The notes beneath the pieces are model-generated. The model was not told where the DNA came from and did not search any database. It worked only from the letters and a program-made list of their open reading frames with translations. Made by a program: the position numbers and the translations under genes. Below, in pieces: positions 17,565 through 26,273 of a DNA stretch of 39,510 nt. How positions within the stretch are numbered: position 1 is the stretch's first letter; every line of letters begins with the position of its first letter. Origin of the DNA: a virus (taxonomy: Duplodnaviria; Caudoviricetes); IMG/VR virus record IMGVR_UViG_3300032266_001227, positions 1-39,510 of that record; one strand, 5' to 3'.

Positions 17565-19250
17565 TCACGGCGCACCGAACGGGTCGGGATCACCAGGCTG
17601 CCAGTCCCCGCCATCGCCGTTCGGCCAGTCGCTGGCCGCCGCCGCATCCGCCAGATCACCATCCTTGCGCAGCCGGATCCCCGCGCGCGCCTTCTTGCCG
17701 CTCGGCAGCCGCACCACATAGATCTGCGCATCGCCCAGCGCCCGGCCGAACGTCGTCTGCGTCATGATGCGGTCTTCCTTGTCCCCGCGATCGAGGCAGA
17801 ACTGCCGGAACGCCTGGTAGAGCGTCGTCGCCTCGGTCCGCGCAGCGGGATCGGTCACGTCGCAGCATTGCTCCATGAACTCGCCCAGCGCGCTGGAGAC
17901 TTCCCAGAAGCTGTCCGTCGCCGCGGCCGAGGCGGCAGGCTGCGGGATCACCCGCTCGCCCAGCCAGTCGATCGCGCCGGCGATCATCCAGTTGAGGATG
18001 CCGGAAAGCTCGCCCGTCAGCCGTTTCTTGACGACGTCCACCGGCTCGTCTTCCACGCCCGGCGTCACGCCGTACTGGATCACCCAGGGATAGAGCTTGA
18101 AGCGCCGGCGAAACCCTCGATCGTCGCTTGGCGCCTTGGGCAGGTGATTGCATTCCACGATCAGCTGCCAGTGCGGCACAAAGCTCAGCTCGGTGGTCGC
18201 ATGCGCCCCGCGCGCGATCATCTCGCTGCCCGTGGCCTGCTTGATGCGCTGGCCGTCCCATGTGCTGCCCTTCTTGGGCTCGTCGGCCACCACAAGGCGG
18301 ATATCGCCCGCCAGACGCACAATATCGCTCTGGTGGCTGGCCGAGGCCTGCGATGGCCCCTCGAGGAACGTCTTGGGGTCCGCGCGCCGCGCATAGGCGC
18401 CGTGCAGTCGGCACATCACATCGTTGGTGACGCTCTTGCCGTCCTGCCCCTTGCCCTGAAAGATGTAGAACGCCTGGTCAGAGATCAGCGCCGTCAGCGT
18501 CATGCCATAGATCCGCTGCAGGGCCGTGCGCTGCACGGGATCGCGGTGCAGCTCGGCCATGCGCGCTTCCCACGCCGGCGCCGTCGCCGCGGCATCGTAG
18601 GCGACGCTCGCCACCTGCATGAAGCGATCAGACGCGCGGTGCCCCGGCTCGAACCGAACGCTCCACCGCTTGCGCGCCTTGCCCCCTTCAGGCTGGGTGG
18701 TTGCGGAGCGAAGCGAAGCAGAACCCTCTTGTTCTTCCTCAACGAACCGAATCGTACCGTTCGAACAGTGGTAAGCCAGCGGATCTGCGTCGAAGTCGCG
18801 CGACCACGCCTGCGTGATGAAGGGCGCTTCATCACCCTCACCGTCGCGCAGGCCCTTGAACTGCCCCAGCATCGCGCTGCACTTGGCCTGATCGCCAGAC
18901 TTGATGCCAAAGGCCCACAGCTGCACCACGCGCTCGCTCGCCATGTCAGCGGTAAACTTGCGGCCATAGACCGCCGCCAGCTCGTCAGGATCGGCCTCCC
19001 GCAGCGCAGCTGCTTCCTCGGCAATCCCCATCGCCGCCTTCTGGGCATAGGCCAACGCCCGCGCCGGCCCTTCATCGGTCGACCAGCGCACGCCGTCGAA
19101 CGCGATCCACGCACCCTTGCCGCCCTGCGCATCGGCCAGCCACAGCAGCCGCGGCCCCGATTCCTCGCGCGCCGCCTCCCATACGCGCCGGGCATTCCCG
19201 AGATCGTTCATCGGCAGCTTGCTACGCTCCAGGGGCGTCAAACGCTTCAA
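17565..19250 (-). CDS. P4-family / D5-like SF3 helicase (no primase domain)
   Basis: NDLGNARR (D5_N), Walker A GKGQDGKS, Walker B VVADE, CNHLP...DDRGFRRR, ELSGILNW, C-terminal winged helix. Confidence 0.92.
   Translation of the reverse strand: MKRLTPLERSKLPMNDLGNARRVWEAAREESGPRLLWLADAQGGKGAWIAFDGVRWSTDEGPARALAYAQKAAMGIAEEAAALREADPDELAAVYGRKFTADMASERVVQLWAFGIKSGDQAKCSAMLGQFKGLRDGEGDEAPFITQAWSRDFDADPLAYHCSNGTIRFVEEEQEGSASLRSATTQPEGGKARKRWSVRFEPGHRASDRFMQVASVAYDAAATAPAWEARMAELHRDPVQRTALQRIYGMTLTALISDQAFYIFQGKGQDGKSVTNDVMCRLHGAYARRADPKTFLEGPSQASASHQSDIVRLAGDIRLVVADEPKKGSTWDGQRIKQATGSEMIARGAHATTELSFVPHWQLIVECNHLPKAPSDDRGFRRRFKLYPWVIQYGVTPGVEDEPVDVVKKRLTGELSGILNWMIAGAIDWLGERVIPQPAASAAATDSFWEVSSALGEFMEQCCDVTDPAARTEATTLYQAFRQFCLDRGDKEDRIMTQTTFGRALGDAQIYVVRLPSGKKARAGIRLRKDGDLADAAAASDWPNGDGGDWQPGDPDPFGAP
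18699..18725 (+). repeat. 27-bp intragenic element, copy 1 (in helicase)
   Basis: GGTTGCGGAGCGAAGCGAAGCAGAACC, two differences from the other copies; encodes GSASLRSAT. Confidence 0.92.
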
Positions 19251-21013
19251 ACCTCGAGCCCCCGCGCATCGATCAGAGCATGCATCGCGGCCTTGCGCCT
19301 GGCGCCTGTGCCAGTGCTCAGCCGCCGCGCGGCGACGTCGACCACCTGCGGCAGCATCGCCTCATTCAGCGGCCCGCGGATGCCCAGCGTGCGGCGATAG
19401 AGCACGCGGTTCATTTCCAGTTCCTCGCGCGCTTCGGGCCCGTTCTTAAGGTCGCTCTCGATCTCGAGCACAGTGGCGGTGATCGCCTTTTTCGAAAATC
19501 CCATCAGGTCGGCCAGCGCCATCACTTCCTTGATATCCTCGGTGATTCCCCGCCGCTCCTCGCGCAGGCGCAGGATCCGCTTGACCATCGCGATCAGCTT
19601 GGCCGCGCTGTCGCTCTCGCTTTCCGGAAAGACGTAATCGCCATCGGCCGCACGCATGACGGCATGCAGCGGCTCGGCCGAGGCGAGCACCGGCGCGGCC
19701 GAGATCTCTTTCTCGAACCGCGATCGCCACACCGCGACATACTGAAGCCGCGTCTCGTCATCGCCGATCGTGCCGGCCAGCTCCACCAGGTCCGCCCAGA
19801 TCGCCGCCGTGCCTTCGGGCGAGCAGTCCCCGCCATGGTCCGCCACCACGCTATCGAACAGAAACCGATCGGCGCCCACCGCCTCGATCAACAGCGCCCC
19901 GATCGCCCGCGCACCCATGCCGCTCGCATCATTGCCCAGCAGATCGTCAGGATCCTTGCCCTCGGGCAGCAGCGCCACGGCCAGCGCCTTGCCGGGCCCG
20001 AAGTGCGGCAGCCCCGTCCGGCACGCGCGCAGCGCCGCCTTCCGCCCTGCAGGGTCGCCATCGAACAGCAGCACCGGACGGTGGTGCAGCCGCCAGCACC
20101 GCTCCAGCTGCGCTTCGGTCAGCGCCGTGCCCATCGGCGCCACCGTGGCCGCAAAGCCCGCGCGCGCCATGGCGATCACGTCGAAGTAGCCTTCCACCAC
20201 CGTCAGCCGGTTCTCGGCGCTTGGGCGCGATGCCGGTGCCGCCCGGTGCAGGTTGAACAGCGTGCGCCCCTTGTCGAACAGCGGCGTCTCGGCGGTGTTG
20301 ATGAACTTGGGCCGATCATGCCCGGTGCCCGCGGTTGCGGAGCGCAGCGAAGCAGAGCCACCGCCAGACTCCCCCCAGATGCGCCCGCCGAAGCCGATCA
20401 GCCGCCCGCGCTGGTCATGAATCGGGATGGTGATCCGATCGTGGAACACTTCGCGAAAGCTGCCATCATCCCGCCGCGCCAGCAGTCCTGCGGCAAGGCC
20501 CAGCTTGGCCGAGATCCCGCGCCCCTTCAGGCTGCCTTCCCGCCCGCGCGCATAGCCCAGGCCGAACGCCGCGATCTCCTCCGGGCCCAGCCCGCGCGCG
20601 CTCAGGTATTCCATCGCCGCGCCGGTCTCACCCAGCTGGTGGACGTAGATCCCCTGCGCCAGCTCAAGCGCCTCGCGCACCGTCTCGGCCTCGGCCGCAC
20701 GCGCCTGCGCTTCGGGCGAAGGCGCCGGCATTTCCAAGCCCGCCGCCGCCGCCAGCTCGCGCACCGCCTCCATGAACGGCAGGCCGGCATGATCGGTCAG
20801 CCAGCGAAACGCATCGCCGTGCCACCCGCAGCCGAAGCAATGGCCGAAGCCCTTCTCGTCGTTGATCGTGAAGCTCGGCGTCTTTTCGTTGTGGAACGGG
20901 CAGCACGCCTTGAACTCGCGCCCGGCCTTGGTCACCTTCACGCTGCGCCCGATCAACGCCGAAAGCGTGGTCCGCGCGCGGATCTCGTCGAGAAAGGCGG
21001 TAGGGAGCGCCAT
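19247..21013 (-). CDS. dnaG: DnaG-type DNA primase with C-terminal GapR/DUF2312-like domain
   Basis: CHC2 finger CPFHNEKTPSF...CFGC, Toprim VVEGYFDV and FDGDPAG, GKDPDD; C-terminal KRILRLREERRGITEDIKEV...GFSKK...LYRRTLG. Confidence 0.93.
   Translation of the reverse strand: MALPTAFLDEIRARTTLSALIGRSVKVTKAGREFKACCPFHNEKTPSFTINDEKGFGHCFGCGWHGDAFRWLTDHAGLPFMEAVRELAAAAGLEMPAPSPEAQARAAEAETVREALELAQGIYVHQLGETGAAMEYLSARGLGPEEIAAFGLGYARGREGSLKGRGISAKLGLAAGLLARRDDGSFREVFHDRITIPIHDQRGRLIGFGGRIWGESGGGSASLRSATAGTGHDRPKFINTAETPLFDKGRTLFNLHRAAPASRPSAENRLTVVEGYFDVIAMARAGFAATVAPMGTALTEAQLERCWRLHHRPVLLFDGDPAGRKAALRACRTGLPHFGPGKALAVALLPEGKDPDDLLGNDASGMGARAIGALLIEAVGADRFLFDSVVADHGGDCSPEGTAAIWADLVELAGTIGDDETRLQYVAVWRSRFEKEISAAPVLASAEPLHAVMRAADGDYVFPESESDSAAKLIAMVKRILRLREERRGITEDIKEVMALADLMGFSKKAITATVLEIESDLKNGPEAREELEMNRVLYRRTLGIRGPLNEAMLPQVVDVAARRLSTGTGARRKAAMHALIDARGLEV
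20333..20359 (+). repeat. 27-bp intragenic element, copy 2 (in primase)
   Basis: GGTTGCGGAGCGCAGCGAAGCAGAGCC; encodes GSASLRSAT. Confidence 0.95.
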
Positions 21014-21240
21014 CAGTCGTCCGCCTCGGGCAACAGACACTCTGCCGGCACAAAGATCAGGTTGCCTGTTGCATCATAGCGGAACACCGCCTGCATGTCG
21101 GGCTGCGATGAAATATCCACGCCCAACACAACCGGATGCAGCACCGCCTGCCGCAGCAACATCGCGTTGGCCCGCCGCGTGCCCCGTCGGCCTCGCCGCT
21201 CGGCTGCGCGACGGCGCCGCGCCTGATCCTTCCAGCTCAC
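21013..21240 (-). CDS. Hypothetical protein
   Basis: GTG overlaps the upstream stop (VSWKDQARR); its stop overlaps the primase ATG. Confidence 0.55.
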   Translation of the reverse strand: MSWKDQARRRRAAERRGRRGTRRANAMLLRQAVLHPVVLGVDISSQPDMQAVFRYDATGNLIFVPAECLLPEADD

Positions 21241-21494
21241 TGTTCCCAGTTCCCACCGATGCAGCACGCCACGTCCTCGATGCTGGTCACCAGCCCGTCG
21301 AAGTCTTCCTCGGCCGTCAGCACGTCGGCCATCGCGATCACGTCGCGCAGCGGCACGCCATGCTCGTCAGACAGATGCTTCAGCCACTCGAACCGGCTCT
21401 CGCAGCCCTGTTCGCGGTAGATCGCGAGGTCGATCGAGCGCTCCCCATCGATCCGCGCGATCAGCCGCTCGGTCGGGATCAGATCACCCATCAT
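21237..21494 (-). CDS. Hypothetical phage protein
   Basis: 85 aa, acidic, EDFDGLVTSIED; translationally coupled. Confidence 0.7.
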   Translation of the reverse strand: MMGDLIPTERLIARIDGERSIDLAIYREQGCESRFEWLKHLSDEHGVPLRDVIAMADVLTAEEDFDGLVTSIEDVACCIGGNWEQ

Positions 21495-21682
21495 TCGGGG
21501 GCCTCATTCAGCAGGTCGCGGATTTCGCCGAGCTTGCGCTCCGCTCGCCGCACGTCGCAGCGCGGGCCTTGCGTTGAAGCGTCCACCGCAATCTTCGCCA
21601 GCGCGAGCACCTCGCGCGCCGTCGTATGGACCCGAAACCGCGGCAGAGCGGTGGGGCCAATATCCTGAAACGCCTCTGACAT
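21491..21682 (-). CDS. Hypothetical protein
   Basis: 63 aa in the operon, stop overlaps the next ATG. Confidence 0.6.
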   Translation of the reverse strand: MSEAFQDIGPTALPRFRVHTTAREVLALAKIAVDASTQGPRCDVRRAERKLGEIRDLLNEAPE

Positions 21683-21694
21683 TTGCCGGTCTCC

Positions 21695-22948
21695 CTAGAC
21701 CCGTATCGGCATCAACACCTGCACAAGCCGGGCTTCGTCTTCCCCATTCACGCCCTCGATGCGCACCGGCCCATCGGCGGTGCTCAGCATCAGCCGCACG
21801 TCGTCGCTGGCCACCGCGCCCAGCGCATCGCGGAAATATCGACCATCGAACCCCCAGGTGATCGCCGGCCCGCCATAGACGCAGGGCACGTCCTCGCAGG
21901 CCTCGCCCAGCTCGATCGACGTGGCCGAAAGCGTCAGCCGGTCTTCATCCGCCTCGATCTTCACCGCCCGGCTCTTGCCATCAGCGAGCACCGCCACGCG
22001 CCGCAGCGCGCCGAGCAGCGCTTCGCGGTTCACCGTCAGCCGGTTCGGCGGCGCATCCGGAATCACCCGCGTGTAATCCGGGAACGTGCCGTCGATCGCC
22101 TTGGCTTGGATCACCAGCGTTGCCCCAAAATCATTGGCGTCGGGCATCGGCAAGGTAAACAGCAGCAGCTTGCCCTCCGACCCCATGCTCACGCCCACGT
22201 CGCCATCTTCGGGCACGCGCCCCAGTTCCTTGGCCAGAACAGCCACCACCTGGCGCGGCACGATCACGTTCGGCGCGCCGAGCGACCCCTCCGGCGCATC
22301 GATGGCGAGCCGCGCCAGGCGGTGCCCATCAGTGGCGGCAAGGCGCAGGTCCAGGGCGCCGCCTTCGCTGACGGGATGCAGATAGATGCCATTCAGATAG
22401 TAGCGCGTTTCCTCGCTGCTGATCGCGTGGTCGATGGCCGCAAAGGCATCGGCGAGCGCGGTCGCCTTCATGTTGAATTCGGTCGGCCAGTCCGCCGGCG
22501 CCGCCATCGGAAACTCCGCGCTGGGCAGGCCCTTCAAGGTCCACCGGCTGCGCCCCGCGGTCACCTTCACCGGTCCGCCCACGGTAGCGCTGGCCTCCTC
22601 CATAGCCTCGATCGTCACCATCGCATCGGCATCGACTTCGCCCAGAATGCCGAGCAGCGGTTTCGCCGGCACGCAGACAGCAAAAGCCCGGATCGAGCCG
22701 CGCCAATCTTCGGAGTTCGGCTCCCGATCATCCGTCGCCAGATCGCGCGTCGCCCAGATATCGAGGTTCGTCGCGGCCAGAGTCAGCACACCGTCGCCCG
22801 CCTGCACCAGAACCATGCTGCAGATCGGGATGGTGTTCTTCGCAGCTACGACTTGCGCGATATCGCCCAGCGCCGCTTTCAGGCTGCCCGCCCGGATGCG
22901 AAAGGCCGAGCGGCGCCGATCAGCCCCCTTCTTCGCCGCCGCGCTCAT
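21695..22948 (-). CDS. dnaN: DNA polymerase III beta sliding clamp
   Basis: KNTIPI, ATNLD, AISSEETRYYLNGIYLH, ATDGHRLA, IDGTFPDYTRVIP, C-terminal VLMPIRV. Confidence 0.95.
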   Translation of the reverse strand: MSAAAKKGADRRRSAFRIRAGSLKAALGDIAQVVAAKNTIPICSMVLVQAGDGVLTLAATNLDIWATRDLATDDREPNSEDWRGSIRAFAVCVPAKPLLGILGEVDADAMVTIEAMEEASATVGGPVKVTAGRSRWTLKGLPSAEFPMAAPADWPTEFNMKATALADAFAAIDHAISSEETRYYLNGIYLHPVSEGGALDLRLAATDGHRLARLAIDAPEGSLGAPNVIVPRQVVAVLAKELGRVPEDGDVGVSMGSEGKLLLFTLPMPDANDFGATLVIQAKAIDGTFPDYTRVIPDAPPNRLTVNREALLGALRRVAVLADGKSRAVKIEADEDRLTLSATSIELGEACEDVPCVYGGPAITWGFDGRYFRDALGAVASDDVRLMLSTADGPVRIEGVNGEDEARLVQVLMPIRV

Positions 22949-23313
22949 GCCGCACCTTCAGCGGAATCGGCAAAGCCGCTCGTCTCCAGATGCCCGTTCG
23001 TATCGAGCGAAGTCGAGACACCCTGAACAAGCGCCGCCTCGCATTCGGCATCGCCGATATGCAGGCATTGCTCGATCATCTCGATCTCGATATCGATCTG
23101 CTGCACCGTGCGCGCTGCGCGATCGGCATCCTCTGGATAATTCTTCGCCACCATTTCGGCTGCCCGGCGACGCTTGCGCAGGAAGGCAACCACATCGGCT
23201 CTCTCGCTGGCAGCGGCACCGACCGCCAGCGCGACGGCGGCATCGCTTACGGCGGCGAGAAACTTCTCCATCGCCTTGGCCAGGATTTGAGTATCCATTG
23301 CTTGCTCGCTCAC
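22945..23313 (-). CDS. Hypothetical protein
   Basis: 122 aa helical; AAASERADVVAFL; coupled to both neighbours. Confidence 0.65.
   Translation of the reverse strand: MSEQAMDTQILAKAMEKFLAAVSDAAVALAVGAAASERADVVAFLRKRRRAAEMVAKNYPEDADRAARTVQQIDIEIEMIEQCLHIGDAECEAALVQGVSTSLDTNGHLETSGFADSAEGAA
22993..23021. repeat. REP-like palindromic element (single half copy) inside a CDS
   Basis: CCCGTTCGTATCGAGCGAAGTCGAGACAC with a TCGA-GCGAAG-TCGA hairpin; resembles repeats I recall from sphingomonad genomes; encodes VSTSLDTNG. Confidence 0.55.
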
Positions 23314-23888
23314 GCCGCGCGTCCTTTCATCTCAAGCCCCGGCAGCGGTGCGCTGCCCGGTTCGTCCGCCGTCCACCGGCCTGTTTCCACGATGCGCACG
23401 CGGCGAAAGCTGCGCCCGGCGCCGCTCAGCACCACTTCGATGCGGCCTTCCTCGGCCAGCGTCTTCACCCGGTATCGGGCCGCATCGGCATCCCGCAGGC
23501 CCGCCGCCTCGGCCAGCGCGGCGTTGCTCGGGCAGGGCAGGCCCAGGTTGGCCGCGCGCACCAGCGTCATGTAGATCTTGCCCGCCTCGGTCTCGCGCCA
23601 CTCGGCATCGGCGCTAACCCGGCTGCGGCCGCGTTCATCGGCCGCCGCGCGCAGGTTCGGCCGCGCCCGCTGGAAGCAATACTGAAACTGCCCGGGCGCC
23701 AGCTTGACCTGAAACGGCAGCGCCTCGCCGGTGCGGATCCATTCGTCGACCAGCAGCTTCACCGGATGGCGATGATCGATCGCAGGTCCCGTCGCATAGA
23801 TCGCCCGCGCCCCTGCCGAAGCGCCCGCAAACCACTCCTCAAGCTGCGCCTGGTCGACGTAGCTGGTCCCCGCAAACGCGCCCTTCAT
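23310..23888 (-). CDS. Winged-helix DNA-binding protein
   Basis: Start MKGAFAG; CPSNAALAEAAGL...ARYRVKTLAEEGRIEV...RRVRIVETGRWTA. Confidence 0.7.
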   Translation of the reverse strand: MKGAFAGTSYVDQAQLEEWFAGASAGARAIYATGPAIDHRHPVKLLVDEWIRTGEALPFQVKLAPGQFQYCFQRARPNLRAAADERGRSRVSADAEWRETEAGKIYMTLVRAANLGLPCPSNAALAEAAGLRDADAARYRVKTLAEEGRIEVVLSGAGRSFRRVRIVETGRWTADEPGSAPLPGLEMKGRAA

Positions 23889-24241
23889 GCGGCGTTCCTT
23901 AGTGGCTCTGCTTCGCTGCGCTCCGCAACCGCGAAATCCACCGGCATCAGCGAGGGGATCGGGTGGCGCTTCTCGACTTCCTTGCCATGAATATCCGCGC
24001 CAGGGGTGATCTTGACAAACATTGTCGACGGCCAACCCCGCCCTTGAATTTTCGGAGAACAGCCCTTCAAGATTAGCGCACGCTCGCCGCCCAGCCTCTT
24101 AACTGGGCGCCCCACCCCTTCGACAAAGTACATCCGCCCAAGCGTCAGTCTTTTTGAAACCTGACCCGGCCAGAATGGATGCGTGAGCCGCACACACAAC
24201 GCCAGATCGCCGACCGCCCAATCGTCCCGCCCCTCGCTCAC
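23885..24241 (-). CDS. Hypothetical protein
   Basis: DDWAVGDLALCV N-terminus; 118 aa; coupled to neighbours. Confidence 0.65.
   Translation of the reverse strand: MSEGRDDWAVGDLALCVRLTHPFWPGQVSKRLTLGRMYFVEGVGRPVKRLGGERALILKGCSPKIQGRGWPSTMFVKITPGADIHGKEVEKRHPIPSLMPVDFAVAERSEAEPLRNAA
23904..23930 (-). repeat. 27-bp intragenic element, copy 3 (inverted)
   Basis: GGCTCTGCTTCGCTGCGCTCCGCAACC is the exact reverse complement of copy 2; read as VAERSEAEP. Confidence 0.95.
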
Positions 24242-24711
24242 CGCTTTTCCTCCCCACGCAGCTTCAGCAGCGCGCCCCGCAGCCGCGCGCTCGCGCGATC
24301 GAGATCGTCTTGTTCGCGCAGCACCCGGTCGATTTCGGCATCGTCGAGCGCGCCATCTTCCAGCCCGCTGCGCATCGATGCCGAAACGTCGCCAAGCTCG
24401 TGCATCAGCGCCAGCACCATGCCCGGCAGCGTATCGGCATCGGCCAGCGTATCGATGTGCGGCACAAACAACCCGCCCAACTCGCGCGCCAGCGCGGCGG
24501 TGATCGGCGGCAGCTTGCCCTGCGCCACCGCCACTTCATCAAGCGCCAGCGCCAGATCGAGCGAAGGGAAGGCAGGGCTGGCCAGATTGTTCCAGTCCCC
24601 CGCCACGCTGCGCCGCCGGTCTGCCGTCGCCGCAGCGCCATCGATCCCGCCGCACAGCGCGATCGCGGCGCGCACGCCGCGCTTGATCCGCGCCAGCGCC
24701 GCCATCAGCAC
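24238..24711 (-). CDS. CII-like phage regulatory protein
   Basis: Follows cro; GGIDGAA, FPSLDLAL and ELGDV...LEDGALD..E motifs. Confidence 0.65.
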   Translation of the reverse strand: MLMAALARIKRGVRAAIALCGGIDGAAATADRRRSVAGDWNNLASPAFPSLDLALALDEVAVAQGKLPPITAALARELGGLFVPHIDTLADADTLPGMVLALMHELGDVSASMRSGLEDGALDDAEIDRVLREQDDLDRASARLRGALLKLRGEEKR

Positions 24712-25076
24712 AGCCCCCCCTCAGCGACGCCGGACAATTGCCCGTCTTTTCCGGTCGAACCGTGGCCTGCATCGGCGCTATCAGCAGCGCCATGAAGCGG
24801 AACCCACTCCACCCCCCGCGCCCGCGCCACGATCGGATTGAGCGTCGATGCGTCGATGGTGCCCTCGGCAAGTTCTTCGATCGCCATGGCCACTTCGGGC
24901 GAAACAGACTTGAGGCCGCGCTCGACCAGCGAAACGCTGCCCTTGGTTTGCAGCCCGATTCGCGCGCCGAATTCTTCCTGCGTCAGCCCGAGCCGATTGC
25001 GCAGCGCCACGATCGGCGGCACGATTGCGCTGTCAGATACGGGCGGTGAGCATGGAGTGTCTGTCTGCTGTGCCAT
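24705..25076 (-). CDS. cro: Cro-like XRE HTH regulator
   Basis: LRNRLGLTQEEFGARIGLQTKGSVSLVERG; divergent from the repressor. Confidence 0.85.
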   Translation of the reverse strand: MAQQTDTPCSPPVSDSAIVPPIVALRNRLGLTQEEFGARIGLQTKGSVSLVERGLKSVSPEVAMAIEELAEGTIDASTLNPIVARARGVEWVPLHGAADSADAGHGSTGKDGQLSGVAEGGLC

Positions 25077-25084
25077 GGCCCAAG

Positions 25085-25171
25085 AGTTTGCATATCGCAA
25101 ACTACTTGGCAAGCCCCCAAGTTTGCATGCAGGCTAACGCAGCTGCGGACAAAGTTTGCCATACTGCAAAC
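25085..25171. promoter_or_regulatory. OR-like operators between cro and cI
   Basis: AGTTTGC-ATATC-GCAAACT (25085-25103), half site AGTTTGC at 25120, AGTTTGC-CATACT-GCAAAC (25153-25171). Confidence 0.82.
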
Positions 25172-25501
25172 ATGGCCCACAGTCGTCCGAAGCAGAACGT
25201 CGCCTGGCACCTTGCCGCCTGGATGGATTCGCTCCGCGCGACGCAAGCCGACATGATGGAGCGCGCCGGGTGGTCAAAGACCACGGCATCGCTGCTTTAC
25301 AATGCCCGGCAGGATCTTTCCTCAAAGCTGATCAGAGAAGCGGCTTTCGCGCTTAACATCGAACCCTTCGAACTGTTCATGCTGCCCGATCAGGCGATGG
25401 CGCTTCGCCGCCTGCGTGATTATGCCCTGCGGATCGCTGCTGACAAAGGCCAGATCTGGGGCAATTTTCCACCGGATGAGGCTGCAGCAGCCACTGGCTG
25501 A
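25172..25501 (+). CDS. cI: CI-like repressor (XRE HTH, no S24 peptidase domain)
   Basis: LAAWMDSLRATQADMMERAGWSKTTASLLYNARQ...AFALNIEPFELF; divergent from cro; 109 aa. Confidence 0.78.
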   Translation: MAHSRPKQNVAWHLAAWMDSLRATQADMMERAGWSKTTASLLYNARQDLSSKLIREAAFALNIEPFELFMLPDQAMALRRLRDYALRIAADKGQIWGNFPPDEAAAATG

Positions 25502-26146
25502 TCATCGCCTCGGAATGGCGAGCAGCACCACAAACAGCACCACCACGATCAACAGCGCCGAACCCACGCAACCCATGCAGCTTTGAAAGCTGTTCGGTGG
25601 AGGCTTGGCATAAGGCCCCGCCTGCCACCCCGGCGGCCGCTGCCCCGGTATGAACAGTTTCGGCCCCGGCTGCACGCCAAATCCCGCCCAATCGATCAGC
25701 TTCTCGACCCACGTCAGTTCCTGCTCGCCCGGCGGTTCCGCACGAGCCGGCGCCCTGTGCTCGATGATCTGGCCCAGTGCAGCCGACGTCCGGCTCTCCG
25801 GCCGAGGTTTGTCAGGCACAGCGACGCCTGCACGCTCTGCCGCAGCCTCCTTGCCGGTCCATACATCGAGCAGGACGCCAAGGCTCGGCTTGCCCGGCCC
25901 GCCGCCGACAATCGCGCGGACCCGCGCCAGCACGTCCTCGCCTTCCTCGGCGATCAGGCGCTGCAGCCAGCTGTCCCGCGGTACATAGCCGACCGTGCGC
26001 CCCACCACATCGCGCGCCACAACGGCCATTGGGTCGAACGTATTGGACGGTTCATGCTCGAGCTCGATCGGATCGCCTTGCCGCAACCGCTTCACCGCCG
26101 GTTGATAGTTCGATTCGCCCACCAGCTCGATGCTGTACCGCCCCAT
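25502..26146 (-). CDS. HIRAN-domain protein with C-terminal transmembrane helix
   Basis: LVGESNYQ, LEHEPSNTFDPMAV and VGYVPR HIRAN motifs; ends ALLIVVVLFVVLLAIPRR. Confidence 0.82.
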   Translation of the reverse strand: MGRYSIELVGESNYQPAVKRLRQGDPIELEHEPSNTFDPMAVVARDVVGRTVGYVPRDSWLQRLIAEEGEDVLARVRAIVGGGPGKPSLGVLLDVWTGKEAAAERAGVAVPDKPRPESRTSAALGQIIEHRAPARAEPPGEQELTWVEKLIDWAGFGVQPGPKLFIPGQRPPGWQAGPYAKPPPNSFQSCMGCVGSALLIVVVLFVVLLAIPRR

Positions 26147-26273
26147 TTACTTGCCCCCTCGCAAAGCGGCGGCAAGATGCCGTCCGCATAGCGCCCTTGC
26201 AATGTTGGATTTCGCGCAGCAGCTTGCCGCACCGCAGGTCGATTCGCACGTCCGCAAACGTCCAATCCGGTCC

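Noticed and set aside
10506-23990. Long plus-strand ORFs (e.g. 10506-11846, 17868-19400, 19280-21079, 21683-23026)
   Set aside because: Antisense shadows of high-GC genes; Arg/His-rich with no recognisable motifs.
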